From: Candidatus Sumerlaeales bacterium
Lineage (GTDB): Bacteria > Sumerlaeota > Sumerlaeia > Sumerlaeales > Sumerlaeaceae
Reading direction: 5' to 3'
Assembly: GCA_038243585.1 (NCBI GenBank)
Contig: JBBSQY010000044.1
Span: 1-26,497, forward strand
Length of the DNA stretch: 26,497 bases
Shown here: piece by piece, positions 17,825 to 26,497 of the stretch
Layout of the letters: the number at the start of each line of letters is the position of its first letter
How positions within the stretch are numbered: the first letter of the stretch is position 1
The notes under the pieces: generated by a model
Seen by the model: only the letters and a program-made list of their open reading frames with translations
Database searches by the model: none
Told to the model about the DNA's origin: nothing
Translations under genes and position numbers: made by a program

Positions 17825-20425
17825 CTACCCGACCACGTTAACCAGTTTCCCGGGCACAACGATAATCTTTTTCGGTTCCTGACCGCCAAGATGCGACTGC
17901 ACTTTCTCATCCGCCAGCGCCGCCGCCTCGATGTCTGCTTTTGTGGCATTCATAGAAACCACGATTTTGCTGCGCACCTTGCCATTAACCTGGAGCACTA
18001 TCTCAAACTCGTCTTTGATCAGCGCCTTTGGATCGAATTCTGGAAACTTCTGTTCATCAATAGTGCCGTCAAACCCAGCCTGCTCCCACAACTCGCTGGT
18101 TACGTGGGGGGCGAACGGGAACAACAACAGCAGCAGTGTGCGAACGCTGAAGCCCAGCGTCATCCGTTCAAACTCATGGGAGGTACTCAGGTAAGTAGAA
18201 ATAGCATTCGCCAGTTCCATGATCGCCGCTATGGAGGTATTAAAATGATGCCGCTCCCCCATCTCGCTGCCCACTCGCTGGATGGCACGATTGACCTGGT
18301 ATTGCAATTCTTTGTCGTTGGCGTTGCCCGGCGCGAGTGCCGCAGCCTCTTCCGGCGCGAACTCACAGGCGTCCAGCGTTCCCTGGACCAGCCGCCACAC
18401 GCGGTTCAGAAACTTTGAGCAACCGTTAACACCTTCGTCGGTCCATTCGAGTTCCTTTTCCGCCGGAGCGGCGAACAGGATGAAAAGTCGCGCCGTGTCT
18501 GCGCCATACTGCTCGATGATCTCCAGCGGGTCAACGCCGTTGCCCAGGCTCTTGGACATCTTTGCCTGCTTAGGACGACCGTTTTCATCCACCGCCAGCA
18601 CGCCCGTCGCCTTGTCCACAAATGTGTTCGTCACCATTCCCTGCGCCAGCAGCCGCTGGAATGGCTCATCAATGTTTACCAGCCCAAGGTCTCGCAGCAC
18701 CTTGGTGAAAAACCGCGAGTAAAGCAGATGCAGAATGGCGTGTTCAATGCCGCCGATATACTGATCCACCGGCATCCATGCGTCCGCCGCCTTTTTGCTG
18801 AACGGCTCTTCCGCGTTTAGCGGATCGCAGTAGCGCAGAAAATACCAGGAGCTGTCCATGAAGGTGTCCATGGTGTCCGTCTCGCGACGACCTGGCCCCT
18901 CGCATTTCGGGCATGGCGCATTAATAAACTCGTCCGACTGAAGCAGCGGATTCCCCGACCCCGTGAACTGCACATCCCGCGGCAGCACAACCGGAAGCTG
19001 ATCTTCCGGAACGGGTACTGCGCCACATTTTTCGCAGTAAACAATAGGGATTGGTGTGCCCCAGAATCGTTGGCGCGACACCAGCCAGTCGCGCAGTTTA
19101 TACTGGATCGTCTGCCCGCCCAGGTCCTGCTCTTTCAGCCGATCGACTATGGCCGACTTCGCATCGCTGCTGGGCAGCCCGTCGAATTCATTGCTATTCA
19201 CCATCAGCCCCGGCGCCGTATAGGCTGCGGTCATGGTCTCGTCGTCCAGAGTTTCCTCTTCCGGCGCAATGACCACCTTGACCGGAATATCATACTTTCG
19301 GGCGAACTCGAAATCCCGCTGATCGTGGGCCGGCACGGCCATCACTGCACCTGTGCCGTATTCCATTAATACGAAGTTCGCCAGGTAAATGGGCACGGCC
19401 TCATTGTTGACGGGATTTACCGCATAACGGCCCGTGAAAAAGCCTTCCTTCTCGCGCCCTTCGGCGGTGCGGAGAAAGCGATCTTCCTGAGCGACGGCGG
19501 AAATAAATTCCCTGGCTCCCGCCTCATACTTCGTCCCGCGCACCAGCGAATCCACCAACGGATGCTCCGGTGCCAGGCTCATAAACGTCACTCCAAACAG
19601 CGTGTCAGGGCGGGTCGTAAAAATCTCAATTACCTTATCCGAATCCGAGCGGGCTGGCACGTTCTTCCCGGCAACATAACCCTCCGGCAGCAGGCGAAAT
19701 TTTGCTCGCGCACCCTCACTCCGGCCAATCCAGTTACGCTGCATTGTCTTGACGCTTTCCGGCCAGTCGGTCAGCTTTTCCAGGTCGTTCAGGAGTTGTT
19801 CGGCGTAGTCGGTAATCTTATAAAACCACTGCTCCAGGTTGCGCGTCGTCACCGGATTTCCGCAGCGCCAACAGGCACCCTGCTCAACTTGTTCGTTCGC
19901 CAGCACCGTCTCACAAGTGCCACACCAATTAATGGCCGCCGCCTTTTTATAGGCCAGCCCCCGCTCAAGCATCTTGATGAAAAAATACTGGTTCCAGCGG
20001 TAATAATCAGGCCGACAGGTCACCGCCTCGCGGTCCCAGTCCAGGCTGAACCCCATCCGCTCAAACTGGTCCTTCATGTCGGTAATGCACTGCTCCGTCC
20101 AGTCGCCGGGATGCACCTGGTGCTTAATCGCCGCATTTTCCGCCGGTAGGCCAAAGGCATCAAAACCCATGGGATGCAGCACGTTTTTTCCGCGCATCCG
20201 CATAAACCGCGCAATGGCGTCGCCTATGGAATAAACCCGACAATGCCCCATGTGCAGCCGCCCGCTGGGGTATGGAAACATCTCCAGCACATAATACTTA
20301 TCAGCGCCAGGATCGACAGGCGTCTGGCTGGCCTTTTTCTGCCGCCATATCTGCTGCCATTTGGCTTCAACGTCTTTATGAGGAAAATGTCTGTCGGGGG
20401 TCGCCTGGGGCTGGTCGGTTGTCAT
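17825..20425 (-). CDS. leuS: Leucine--tRNA ligase
   Basis: [23 protein letters not shown] editing domain, [40 protein letters not shown] and VLQVNGKVR motifs. Confidence 0.99.
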   Translation of the reverse strand: MTTDQPQATPDRHFPHKDVEAKWQQIWRQKKASQTPVDPGADKYYVLEMFPYPSGRLHMGHCRVYSIGDAIARFMRMRGKNVLHPMGFDAFGLPAENAAIKHQVHPGDWTEQCITDMKDQFERMGFSLDWDREAVTCRPDYYRWNQYFFIKMLERGLAYKKAAAINWCGTCETVLANEQVEQGACWRCGNPVTTRNLEQWFYKITDYAEQLLNDLEKLTDWPESVKTMQRNWIGRSEGARAKFRLLPEGYVAGKNVPARSDSDKVIEIFTTRPDTLFGVTFMSLAPEHPLVDSLVRGTKYEAGAREFISAVAQEDRFLRTAEGREKEGFFTGRYAVNPVNNEAVPIYLANFVLMEYGTGAVMAVPAHDQRDFEFARKYDIPVKVVIAPEEETLDDETMTAAYTAPGLMVNSNEFDGLPSSDAKSAIVDRLKEQDLGGQTIQYKLRDWLVSRQRFWGTPIPIVYCEKCGAVPVPEDQLPVVLPRDVQFTGSGNPLLQSDEFINAPCPKCEGPGRRETDTMDTFMDSSWYFLRYCDPLNAEEPFSKKAADAWMPVDQYIGGIEHAILHLLYSRFFTKVLRDLGLVNIDEPFQRLLAQGMVTNTFVDKATGVLAVDENGRPKQAKMSKSLGNGVDPLEIIEQYGADTARLFILFAAPAEKELEWTDEGVNGCSKFLNRVWRLVQGTLDACEFAPEEAAALAPGNANDKELQYQVNRAIQRVGSEMGERHHFNTSIAAIMELANAISTYLSTSHEFERMTLGFSVRTLLLLLFPFAPHVTSELWEQAGFDGTIDEQKFPEFDPKALIKDEFEIVLQVNGKVRSKIVVSMNATKADIEAAALADEKVQSHLGGQEPKKIIVVPGKLVNVVG

Positions 20426-20632
20426 AGGATTAGGGTTACCATCTAAATAGCGAAATCATTGCGGCCAGTTGAGCCTTCTCAATAATGAGTCGTCATCCTG
20501 TTGCGAGTGGCTCTGTTTAACGATTCCACCATAGTTAAGGATTGGACGTTAAATTTGTCAAGAACCCCAGCAGGAATGCTGTTGCAATTTCATTCCGCAG
20601 ACCTGAAACCGGTTCCATGTCCATGGTAGGAA

Positions 20633-20650
20633 TTTCGTATTAATACGAAA
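20633..20650. promoter_or_regulatory. Perfect 18-bp palindrome, candidate operator
   Basis: TTTCGTATTAATACGAAA equals its reverse complement and lies 64 bp upstream of the protease ATG in a divergent intergenic region. Confidence 0.6.
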
Positions 20651-20714
20651 AGGCTGCTCCTGGTTAAGAAATACTTGCCCGAGGACATCACCCTAATGAA
20701 TGGACTGCACGTAA

Positions 20715-22724
20715 ATGGCACCAACGTCACACTTAAAGCCGGCCACTGCTCCGCTGACACTTAGACTGTGGATTCTGGTAGGATTTCTGGCGCTGCAAGT
20801 CAGCGGAATCCATGCGCAAACCCCTCTATTTTCGCCGATTTCTGCCGCAACCTCAAAAGATTTAGCGCCTCAGCTCGAGAATGCGGTTACCCGCCAACGC
20901 TACACGGCAATAAATTCCGCTGCGGTGGCAGACGCCGCCACCACAACAACCGACGAGAATCTCACTCTGGAATTCTTTGATGACGCACGTTTCCTCGTCA
21001 CGCTCGATAAGAAAATTTCTGGTTCGGGTAAGTCTGAGTTTACGCGCACCGGACGCGTGGCCGGGAAACCTCTCGCTAATTTTAACATGTCGGTGGTAGC
21101 CGACGCCACTCTGGTGGATCTGCGACTCCCGGACGGGATCACCTACAGCGTGCGTTATCGCGGCAAAGGCGTTCATGAGATAAAGGAAATAATGGAAGCG
21201 GCACAGGGCACCTGCGGCACAACTGACTCCCTACAGGTGAAGCTGCCGCCAGGAAATCAGTCCTCATCCATGGATACTCCATTATCCAGGGATACCGCCG
21301 GCGAAATCGACGTTTTAGTTGCCTATACCGCTGAAGCCGAAGCACTGGCCGGCGGAGCCAGTGGAATTCAGGCTCAGATTAACCTCGCTTTTTCACACGC
21401 CAATGTTTCTTATACAAACAGCCAGATGCCGTTAACCGTAGTCAAAGCGGGAACCTTAAAACTTAACTACACGCCAAACTCTGATATGGGTGTGGATCTT
21501 TCGCGTCTGCAGGCAAAGACAGATGGCTTTATGGACGAAGTCCACAGTCTTCGTGATTCAGTCGGAGCGGATATGGTTTGCCTTTTGGTTGGGAATTCCA
21601 CTTCAGGGGCCTGCGGCATTGGCTATGTCATGAGAAACGTCGGTTCAAGCTTCGAATCTTATTGTTTTGTCGTGTGTGCGATTACCTGTATCAACAACCA
21701 GACTTTTGCCCACGAGCTGGGCCACAACATGGGATGCGAACATGATTTAGCTAATGGCGGTACGTCACCCTCCTATCCCTATGCTTACGGCTGGCGCTGG
21801 ACCGGTGTCAGCAGTAGTGTCTGGCGGTCGGTCATGGCCTACGCCCCCGGCTCACGCATCCAGTATTTTTCAAATCCCAATGTAAGCCTTGATGGCGTGC
21901 CCACCGGTGTCGCAAATGCCGCCGACAACGCTCTTGCAATTACAAACACAGCTTTAACAATTGCCAATTTCAGACAGCGGTCTGCTCCTGCCGGTCCGAC
22001 TCTGGTAGCGTCGCCGGATCCCATTATTATTAATGTGTTGCAGGGCTCTGATGGAACGCAGGTAGTACAGGTGGGAAATGCAGGGAGCGAAACAGTAAAT
22101 TACACTCTTACCGAAACAGCATCCTGGGCAACAATTAGTCCCGTAAATGGATCGGCCTCTTCCGCTGCGACTTTCAATAATCACACCCTCTCGCTCGACA
22201 CAGATTCCCTAGCCCCAGGCGACTATACCGCACAGCTGACCATTTCGAGCCCGGAAGCCGTTAACTCCCCGAAAACAGTTCCAATTACTCTATCAGTTAC
22301 AGCGCGACCTTCTAATGATAATTTTATAAATGGCCAGATTATCGCCGGCGCATCAGGTTCCGTAACTGGATCCACAGTAAATTCCAGCCGCGAGACAGGT
22401 GAACCGGCAACGATTGCAGGGCGAGCAGGCACACGGTCTATCTGGTACAAATGGACAGCTTTAAGCTCATCAGCTGTTACTTTCAATACCGGCGGCAGCA
22501 GTTTTGATACATTGCTTGGCGCCTACACTGGAAGTCTCGATTCCCTTGCCTTTCGTGCCGAAAATGACGACTATGCCGGACTGGGCGTTAGTAGCCGCAT
22601 AGACTTCACCCCGGTAGCTGGAACGTCATACAATATCCTCGTAGATGGATTTAGTGGTGCCAATGGATCAGTGATCCTCAACTGGACCAGCGCTTCGGAC
22701 GTATCCGACTGGTCAGTATATTAA
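20715..22724 (+). CDS. Secreted reprolysin-like (M12B-type metzincin) zinc metalloprotease with BACON-like and C-terminal beta-sandwich domains
   Basis: Signal peptide (...IHA-Q); prodomain with possible cysteine switch CGT; HELGHNMGCEH zinc motif; Met-turn SVMAY; FSNP; BACON-like ASWATISPVNGS; PSNDNF...SIWYKW...FDTLLGAYTG domain. Confidence 0.92.
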   Translation: MAPTSHLKPATAPLTLRLWILVGFLALQVSGIHAQTPLFSPISAATSKDLAPQLENAVTRQRYTAINSAAVADAATTTTDENLTLEFFDDARFLVTLDKKISGSGKSEFTRTGRVAGKPLANFNMSVVADATLVDLRLPDGITYSVRYRGKGVHEIKEIMEAAQGTCGTTDSLQVKLPPGNQSSSMDTPLSRDTAGEIDVLVAYTAEAEALAGGASGIQAQINLAFSHANVSYTNSQMPLTVVKAGTLKLNYTPNSDMGVDLSRLQAKTDGFMDEVHSLRDSVGADMVCLLVGNSTSGACGIGYVMRNVGSSFESYCFVVCAITCINNQTFAHELGHNMGCEHDLANGGTSPSYPYAYGWRWTGVSSSVWRSVMAYAPGSRIQYFSNPNVSLDGVPTGVANAADNALAITNTALTIANFRQRSAPAGPTLVASPDPIIINVLQGSDGTQVVQVGNAGSETVNYTLTETASWATISPVNGSASSAATFNNHTLSLDTDSLAPGDYTAQLTISSPEAVNSPKTVPITLSVTARPSNDNFINGQIIAGASGSVTGSTVNSSRETGEPATIAGRAGTRSIWYKWTALSSSAVTFNTGGSSFDTLLGAYTGSLDSLAFRAENDDYAGLGVSSRIDFTPVAGTSYNILVDGFSGANGSVILNWTSASDVSDWSVY

Positions 22725-22851
22725 ACGGGCACAAACTGGAATAACTGATTATTTTGTTGCGCTTGGGATCGAGGGCGGCACGAGGGCGCATTTCCCAAGT
22801 ACTGTGGCCACGGAGTCGCAATAGGATGCTTAAAACGTAACTTGTCGTCGT

Positions 22852-23544
22852 TTACTGGGTTTCCGCTATGGCATTATACAACGCTTTGGCCAGTGTGGTT
22901 GGAGATCCACCCAGACGAAATATCCCGCCGGCGCTGACAGTTCCGTTGGTTGCATCATACATGGCAGATCTGGCCAGGGTATTCCCGCCCGCGTCGTCAG
23001 CCATGTTAGCCGATGCGTCGTTCATACCGTATTGACGACCGGCAGGCCCCGCCGAATGAGTGAAATACCAAACCGGCTTCGGATCGGTACGACCCCACTG
23101 TGCCGATCCGCTGCCATTTGCGTTACCATTATTACGTGCGCAATACCAATAAATCTGGCTAAGGTCAAGCTGGTTAGCGGGATACACGGTATACTCGGTG
23201 AGATCGTCTCCGGCAAGAACGCCCGCTGATTTAAAGGGGGAGCGGAACGATCCGACACCATTAAGGTATGAAACCGGGGTGGTCAAACGCTCAAACACCT
23301 CGACTGAACTTGCTCCGATTTTGACCGCGCGGGATTGACGGTTTTGGAATAGAAGCTGATTATAATCGATGGCATAGGTTTCATTGGCAGTGGCAAGAGC
23401 GCGCATGTCTGCTTTGACACGACTCACCTTGGCTCGGGTTTGCGCCTCGAGAAAATTTGGCACCGCAATAGCCGCCAGTATGGCAATAATGGCTACAACA
23501 ATCAGCAATTCGATAAGGGTAAATGCTTTCGTCAAACTCAGCAC
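22852..23544 (-). CDS. Prepilin-type N-terminal cleavage/methylation protein (pilin or pseudopilin)
   Basis: KA|FTLIELLIVVAIIAILAAIAVPNF with Glu at +5; C-terminal SAGP and YDATNGTVSAGGI. Likely GTG start at 23544, just downstream of a GGAG RBS. Confidence 0.92.
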   Translation of the reverse strand: MLSLTKAFTLIELLIVVAIIAILAAIAVPNFLEAQTRAKVSRVKADMRALATANETYAIDYNQLLFQNRQSRAVKIGASSVEVFERLTTPVSYLNGVGSFRSPFKSAGVLAGDDLTEYTVYPANQLDLSQIYWYCARNNGNANGSGSAQWGRTDPKPVWYFTHSAGPAGRQYGMNDASANMADDAGGNTLARSAMYDATNGTVSAGGIFRLGGSPTTLAKALYNAIAETQ

Positions 23545-23771
23545 TATAGACTCCAAGATTTTTCGCGATTTGAAAACCCATCGTGACCTGAAAAAAATTG
23601 TCTTTTATCAACACGTGTAATGTCAAACTTTAATTACACGGTTGAACGACCGAAATATCAGGTTGACGCCACTCTCCAAAAAAATCCGCAATAATCACCT
23701 ATAGTGCGGGTACACCGTCCCGGACTCCCAAAAGACTACCAATTTACTAGAGAAAAGGAATACCCTGACTT

Positions 23772-24965
23772 ATGGCTCGTACACCGGCCCCTATCAAACC
23801 CATTGCCCCCCACGGCGGCACGCTGATCAACCGAGTATTGGAAGGCGCCGCCCGCGATGCCGCCATTGAAAAAGCGAAAACTCTTAAGACCATCAAAATT
23901 GACGACCGCACGGGTTCTGACGTAGAAATCATTGGCATCGGCGCAGTAAGCCCGCTGACCGGCTTCATGAACACCGACGATTACGATGGCGTCGTAAAAG
24001 ATATGAAACTCGCCAACGGCCTGCCATGGACGATTCCCGTAACGCTTGGCGTCACTACTGAAGAAGCCGCAGACATTAAAATCGGCGACCAGGTAGCGCT
24101 TACAGACGAAAACAGCGGCGAACTGCTGGCCATCATCACCGTCGAAAGCAAGTGGAGCCCAGACAAAAAAGTTGAAGCCGTAAACGTTTTCACCACCGAT
24201 GAGCAGGCCCATCCCGGCGTTGCAGCCCTTAACGCCAAAGGCGAAGTTTACCTCGGCGGCCCCATCGACGTGGTCAATCTTCCAAAGCATGACGATTTCG
24301 AGCAGTACCGCCTGACGCCGGCCCAGAGCCGCGAAGAATTCAAGAAACGCAACTGGCGCCGCATCGTGGCCTTCCAGACCCGCAACCCGATCCATCGCGC
24401 CCATGAGTACATGCAAAAGGTTGCCATGGAAATCACCGACGGTATCTTCCTGCATCCTCTTGTTGGAAACACCAAGGGCGACGATGTCCCTGCAAATGTC
24501 CGCATGGAAACCTACGAAGCCATCACCAGCAAATACTACCCGGCAGACCACACCCTTATCGGCGTTAACCCGTCGGCAATGCGTTACGGCGGCCCACGCG
24601 AAGCCGTGTTCCACGCCCTAATCCGCAAAAACTATGGTTGCACCCACTTCATCGTCGGACGCGATCACGCCGGTGTCGGCAACTACTACGGCTCATTCGA
24701 CGCCCACTACATCTTTGACGAATTCGAACCCGGCACCATCGGCATCACGCCCCTCTTCTTTGACTTCACGTTCTGGTGCAAAGAGTGCGGCGGCATGGGA
24801 AGCACGAAGAGCTGCCCCCATGGCAAAGAAAGCCACATCACCCTCAGCGGAACCAAGGTACGCGAGATGCTCGGCAACGGAGAAATCCCACCGCCAGAAT
24901 TCAGCCGTCCTGAAGTCGCAGAGATTCTTATCAAAGCTTACCGCGAACAAGACGCAGCTAAGTAA
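23772..24965 (+). CDS. sat: Sulfate adenylyltransferase (ATP sulfurylase, Sat type)
   Basis: PHGG, SPLTGFM, FQTRNPIHRAHE, MRYGGPREAVFHALIRKNYGCTHFIVGRDHAG, Zn-site CKEC...CPH, LSGTKVR and PPPEFSRPEV motifs. Confidence 0.97.
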   Translation: MARTPAPIKPIAPHGGTLINRVLEGAARDAAIEKAKTLKTIKIDDRTGSDVEIIGIGAVSPLTGFMNTDDYDGVVKDMKLANGLPWTIPVTLGVTTEEAADIKIGDQVALTDENSGELLAIITVESKWSPDKKVEAVNVFTTDEQAHPGVAALNAKGEVYLGGPIDVVNLPKHDDFEQYRLTPAQSREEFKKRNWRRIVAFQTRNPIHRAHEYMQKVAMEITDGIFLHPLVGNTKGDDVPANVRMETYEAITSKYYPADHTLIGVNPSAMRYGGPREAVFHALIRKNYGCTHFIVGRDHAGVGNYYGSFDAHYIFDEFEPGTIGITPLFFDFTFWCKECGGMGSTKSCPHGKESHITLSGTKVREMLGNGEIPPPEFSRPEVAEILIKAYREQDAAK

Positions 24966-24997
24966 CCCAGCAGTATAATCACCTTTAAACGAAACTT

Positions 24998-25035
24998 AAA
25001 GGCGCCCGGATGAAAGTCCGGGCGCCTTTCTTTTT
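24998..25035 (+). terminator. Intrinsic terminator after sat
   Basis: AAAGGCGCCCGGA-TGAAAG-TCCGGGCGCCTTT followed by CTTTTT. Confidence 0.9.
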
Positions 25036-25212
25036 CTGCCTCTGGGAGCAAATTAACCCGGAAGGGCTTCTTCCCAAAACGTGCATTCCCCGGACTCTTC
25101 CCGGAAAGCCACAACTGCCCGTGCCAGTCTCTTTTCATCCGCCACCGCAGTTGCGGAGTTGTCTAAGATCAGCGGGTTGATGTGTTTGGATATGAACTAA
25201 ATTCCAGCTACG

Positions 25213-26128
25213 CTACCGAACAATCTCTACCGTGCATGGGGCTTGTGCCGCCAGGGCCGCAGAAGTGCTTCCTACCAGGAGCCGGTCGATCAGGCTGTGT
25301 CCCTTAGCGCCCAGAAAAAGAGTTTCGGCTTTAAAGTTTACCACCTCTTCAAGCAAAACATCTCGAGGCATCCCGGGGCAAACGGCGGTTGAAACAGTTA
25401 ATCCGGCTGCTTTCATTGCTTCGCCCGCGGCGGTGACTGCGCTCTGCAATTCGACTTTGGTCCTGAATCGCAGCTTTAATTGCATTAACGCTATACTGGC
25501 TTCCGAAAACAGACAGTGGCAGTACATCCTCATCAAAGGCGGCAACCAGGCGCACTTCGGCATTTGCGGGCCAAGTGCGGCTTGTGATGGCCTGCAAGAT
25601 ACGGTTCGACGCGGGCGATCCGTCGAATCCAGCCAGAATGCGAATCGGCTCGGAATGAGGCAAGTTCTTCAGGCGAACCACACGCACTGAGCAGGAAGCA
25701 TGGTTGACCACGGAATGAGAAACGCTGCCAAAGAAGATACGGTTTATGAGGGAGTGACCCTTAGACCCGAGAATAATCAGATCCGCACCCATCTTAGTCG
25801 CTTCATCCAGAATAGCCCATTGGGGCGAGGCGATACAACCGGCGGCTGTCAAATCCCACTGGGGGAAAACCATCGCGAGCCTCTCAACCACTTTGTCGGC
25901 CCGCGCGGTAGCAAGGTTTCTGAGGTGGGCTGTGTCAATCTGCATGCTACCGCCGACTTCCGCCGAGCAGTCAATCCCGGCACTCGCGCTGTCTGTGGCC
26001 AGTGATGCCATGCTATCTATGGCGCTCACAACTTTGACTTCGCAATCTGCCGGAAGCCCTGCACGAGTCAGGTCGCTAGTGAGCAAATCCAGGCCGTTAG
26101 TGTTTTCACAACCAATTAGAATCTTCAT
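25213..26128 (-). pseudogene. Tandem-domain universal stress protein split by a frameshift near 25457 (pseudogene or sequence error)
   Basis: The first frame gives USP domain 1 (ADLIILGSKGHS...GSVSHSVVNHASCSVRVVR) and the start of domain 2 (RILAGFDGS). The rest of domain 2 (LFLGAKGHS...GSTSAALAAQAPCTVEIVR) is in another frame. Confidence 0.85.
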
Positions 26129-26193
26129 AAACTTATCTGACAAAAGGCACGTTGCGCCGTCAAGAAAATTACGGAAAAGAAAAGCCTGCTAAG

Positions 26194-26364
26194 TTAAGAT
26201 TGGATGCCGGAAGAAGTTCTCGCCTTTATGAGAAACCCATTAAGAATAATGCCAATCACTGCAGGGATGAGAATTCTTTTTCTCCCGTATTTTGGAATCC
26301 CAAAGAGGGCAATGATCCCAAGGACGAACCCGGAGATAACCAAAATCAGGCTTAAGATATCCAC
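26194..26364 (-). CDS. Small two-helix membrane protein or gene remnant (56 aa, absent from the ORF track)
   Basis: From GTG 26364: MDILSLILVISGFVLGIIALFGIPKYGRKRILIPAVIGIILNGFLIKARTSSGIQS-stop; two hydrophobic helices with a basic loop. No clear RBS. Confidence 0.5.
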   Translation of the reverse strand: MDILSLILVISGFVLGIIALFGIPKYGRKRILIPAVIGIILNGFLIKARTSSGIQS

Positions 26365-26410
26365 TAACCCACAAACAAGCGCAATTAAATTAACAAATCA
26401 AAAAGATAAT

Positions 26411-26487
26411 ACTTGAAAGCCTGATTTCACAGTGGTTATGGTTAGTTATCGAATCAAACTATAATCACAAGAGGCAGGCTTTCAAGT
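26411..26487. repeat. 77-nt imperfect inverted repeat
   Basis: ACTTGAAAGCCTG (26411-26423) and CAGGCTTTCAAGT (26475-26487) form a perfect 13-bp stem; inner arms GTGGTTATGGTT/AACTATAATCAC pair with two G-T. Confidence 0.7.
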
Positions 26488-26497
26488 GAACGTAAAT

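Noticed and set aside
20426..20632. Possible T-box or attenuator upstream of leuS
   Set aside because: No T-box consensus or terminator/antiterminator seen. There is only a TTGACA at 20556-20561 (minus strand) without a convincing -10 at normal spacing.
22757..22821. Branched hairpin (CTTGGGA/TCCCAAG, TTGCG/CGCAA) between the convergent protease and pilin genes
   Set aside because: Short stems and no U tract; could be a weak terminator but not distinguishable from chance.
23736..24614. 292-aa ORF antisense to sat
   Set aside because: Shadow ORF of a clear gene with biased codon usage; no recognisable protein features.
23691..24984. 10-bp direct repeat ATAATCACCT on both sides of sat (23691-23700 and 24975-24984)
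   Set aside because: No transposase or terminal inverted repeats, and the sat terminator lies outside the repeat pair; chance is plausible.
25040..25160. Cobalamin-riboswitch-like fragments or a small ORF after the sat terminator
   Set aside because: Lacks the ordered B12-box elements and sits between convergent genes.

Overview
A bacterial chromosomal window of mostly housekeeping and envelope genes, with no rRNA, tRNA, CRISPR array, transposase or phage gene recognisable. In order: the 3' end of groEL; a secreted WD40-like protein; a three-gene ABC operon resembling Myxococcus pilGHI; an FmdB-like protein; pyrH-frr; an exported 564-aa unknown; a HAD hydrolase; an orphan histidine kinase coupled to trmL; a membrane protein/DUF309/Nif3/zinc-ribbon operon; a Tat-exported Gfo/Idh/MocA oxidoreductase plus TIM-barrel isomerase pair; leuS; a secreted reprolysin-like metalloprotease; a prepilin; a stand-alone sat; and a frameshifted tandem-USP gene. 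The prepilin type and the protease tail (SDVSDWSVY-stop) resemble what I recall from Candidatus Sumerlaeota (BRC1); this is unverified recall. The best leads are (1) the protease tail as a candidate C-terminal sorting tag, (2) a PilG-like protein with an apparently duplicated pseudopilin-like domain, (3) a ~146-nt structured intergenic element at 4980-5125 with G-U pairs all on the + strand and an alternative pairing, and (4) a 77-nt inverted repeat at the window end whose arms each look like a sigma70 promoter. All calls come from reading the sequence by eye; no searches were run.
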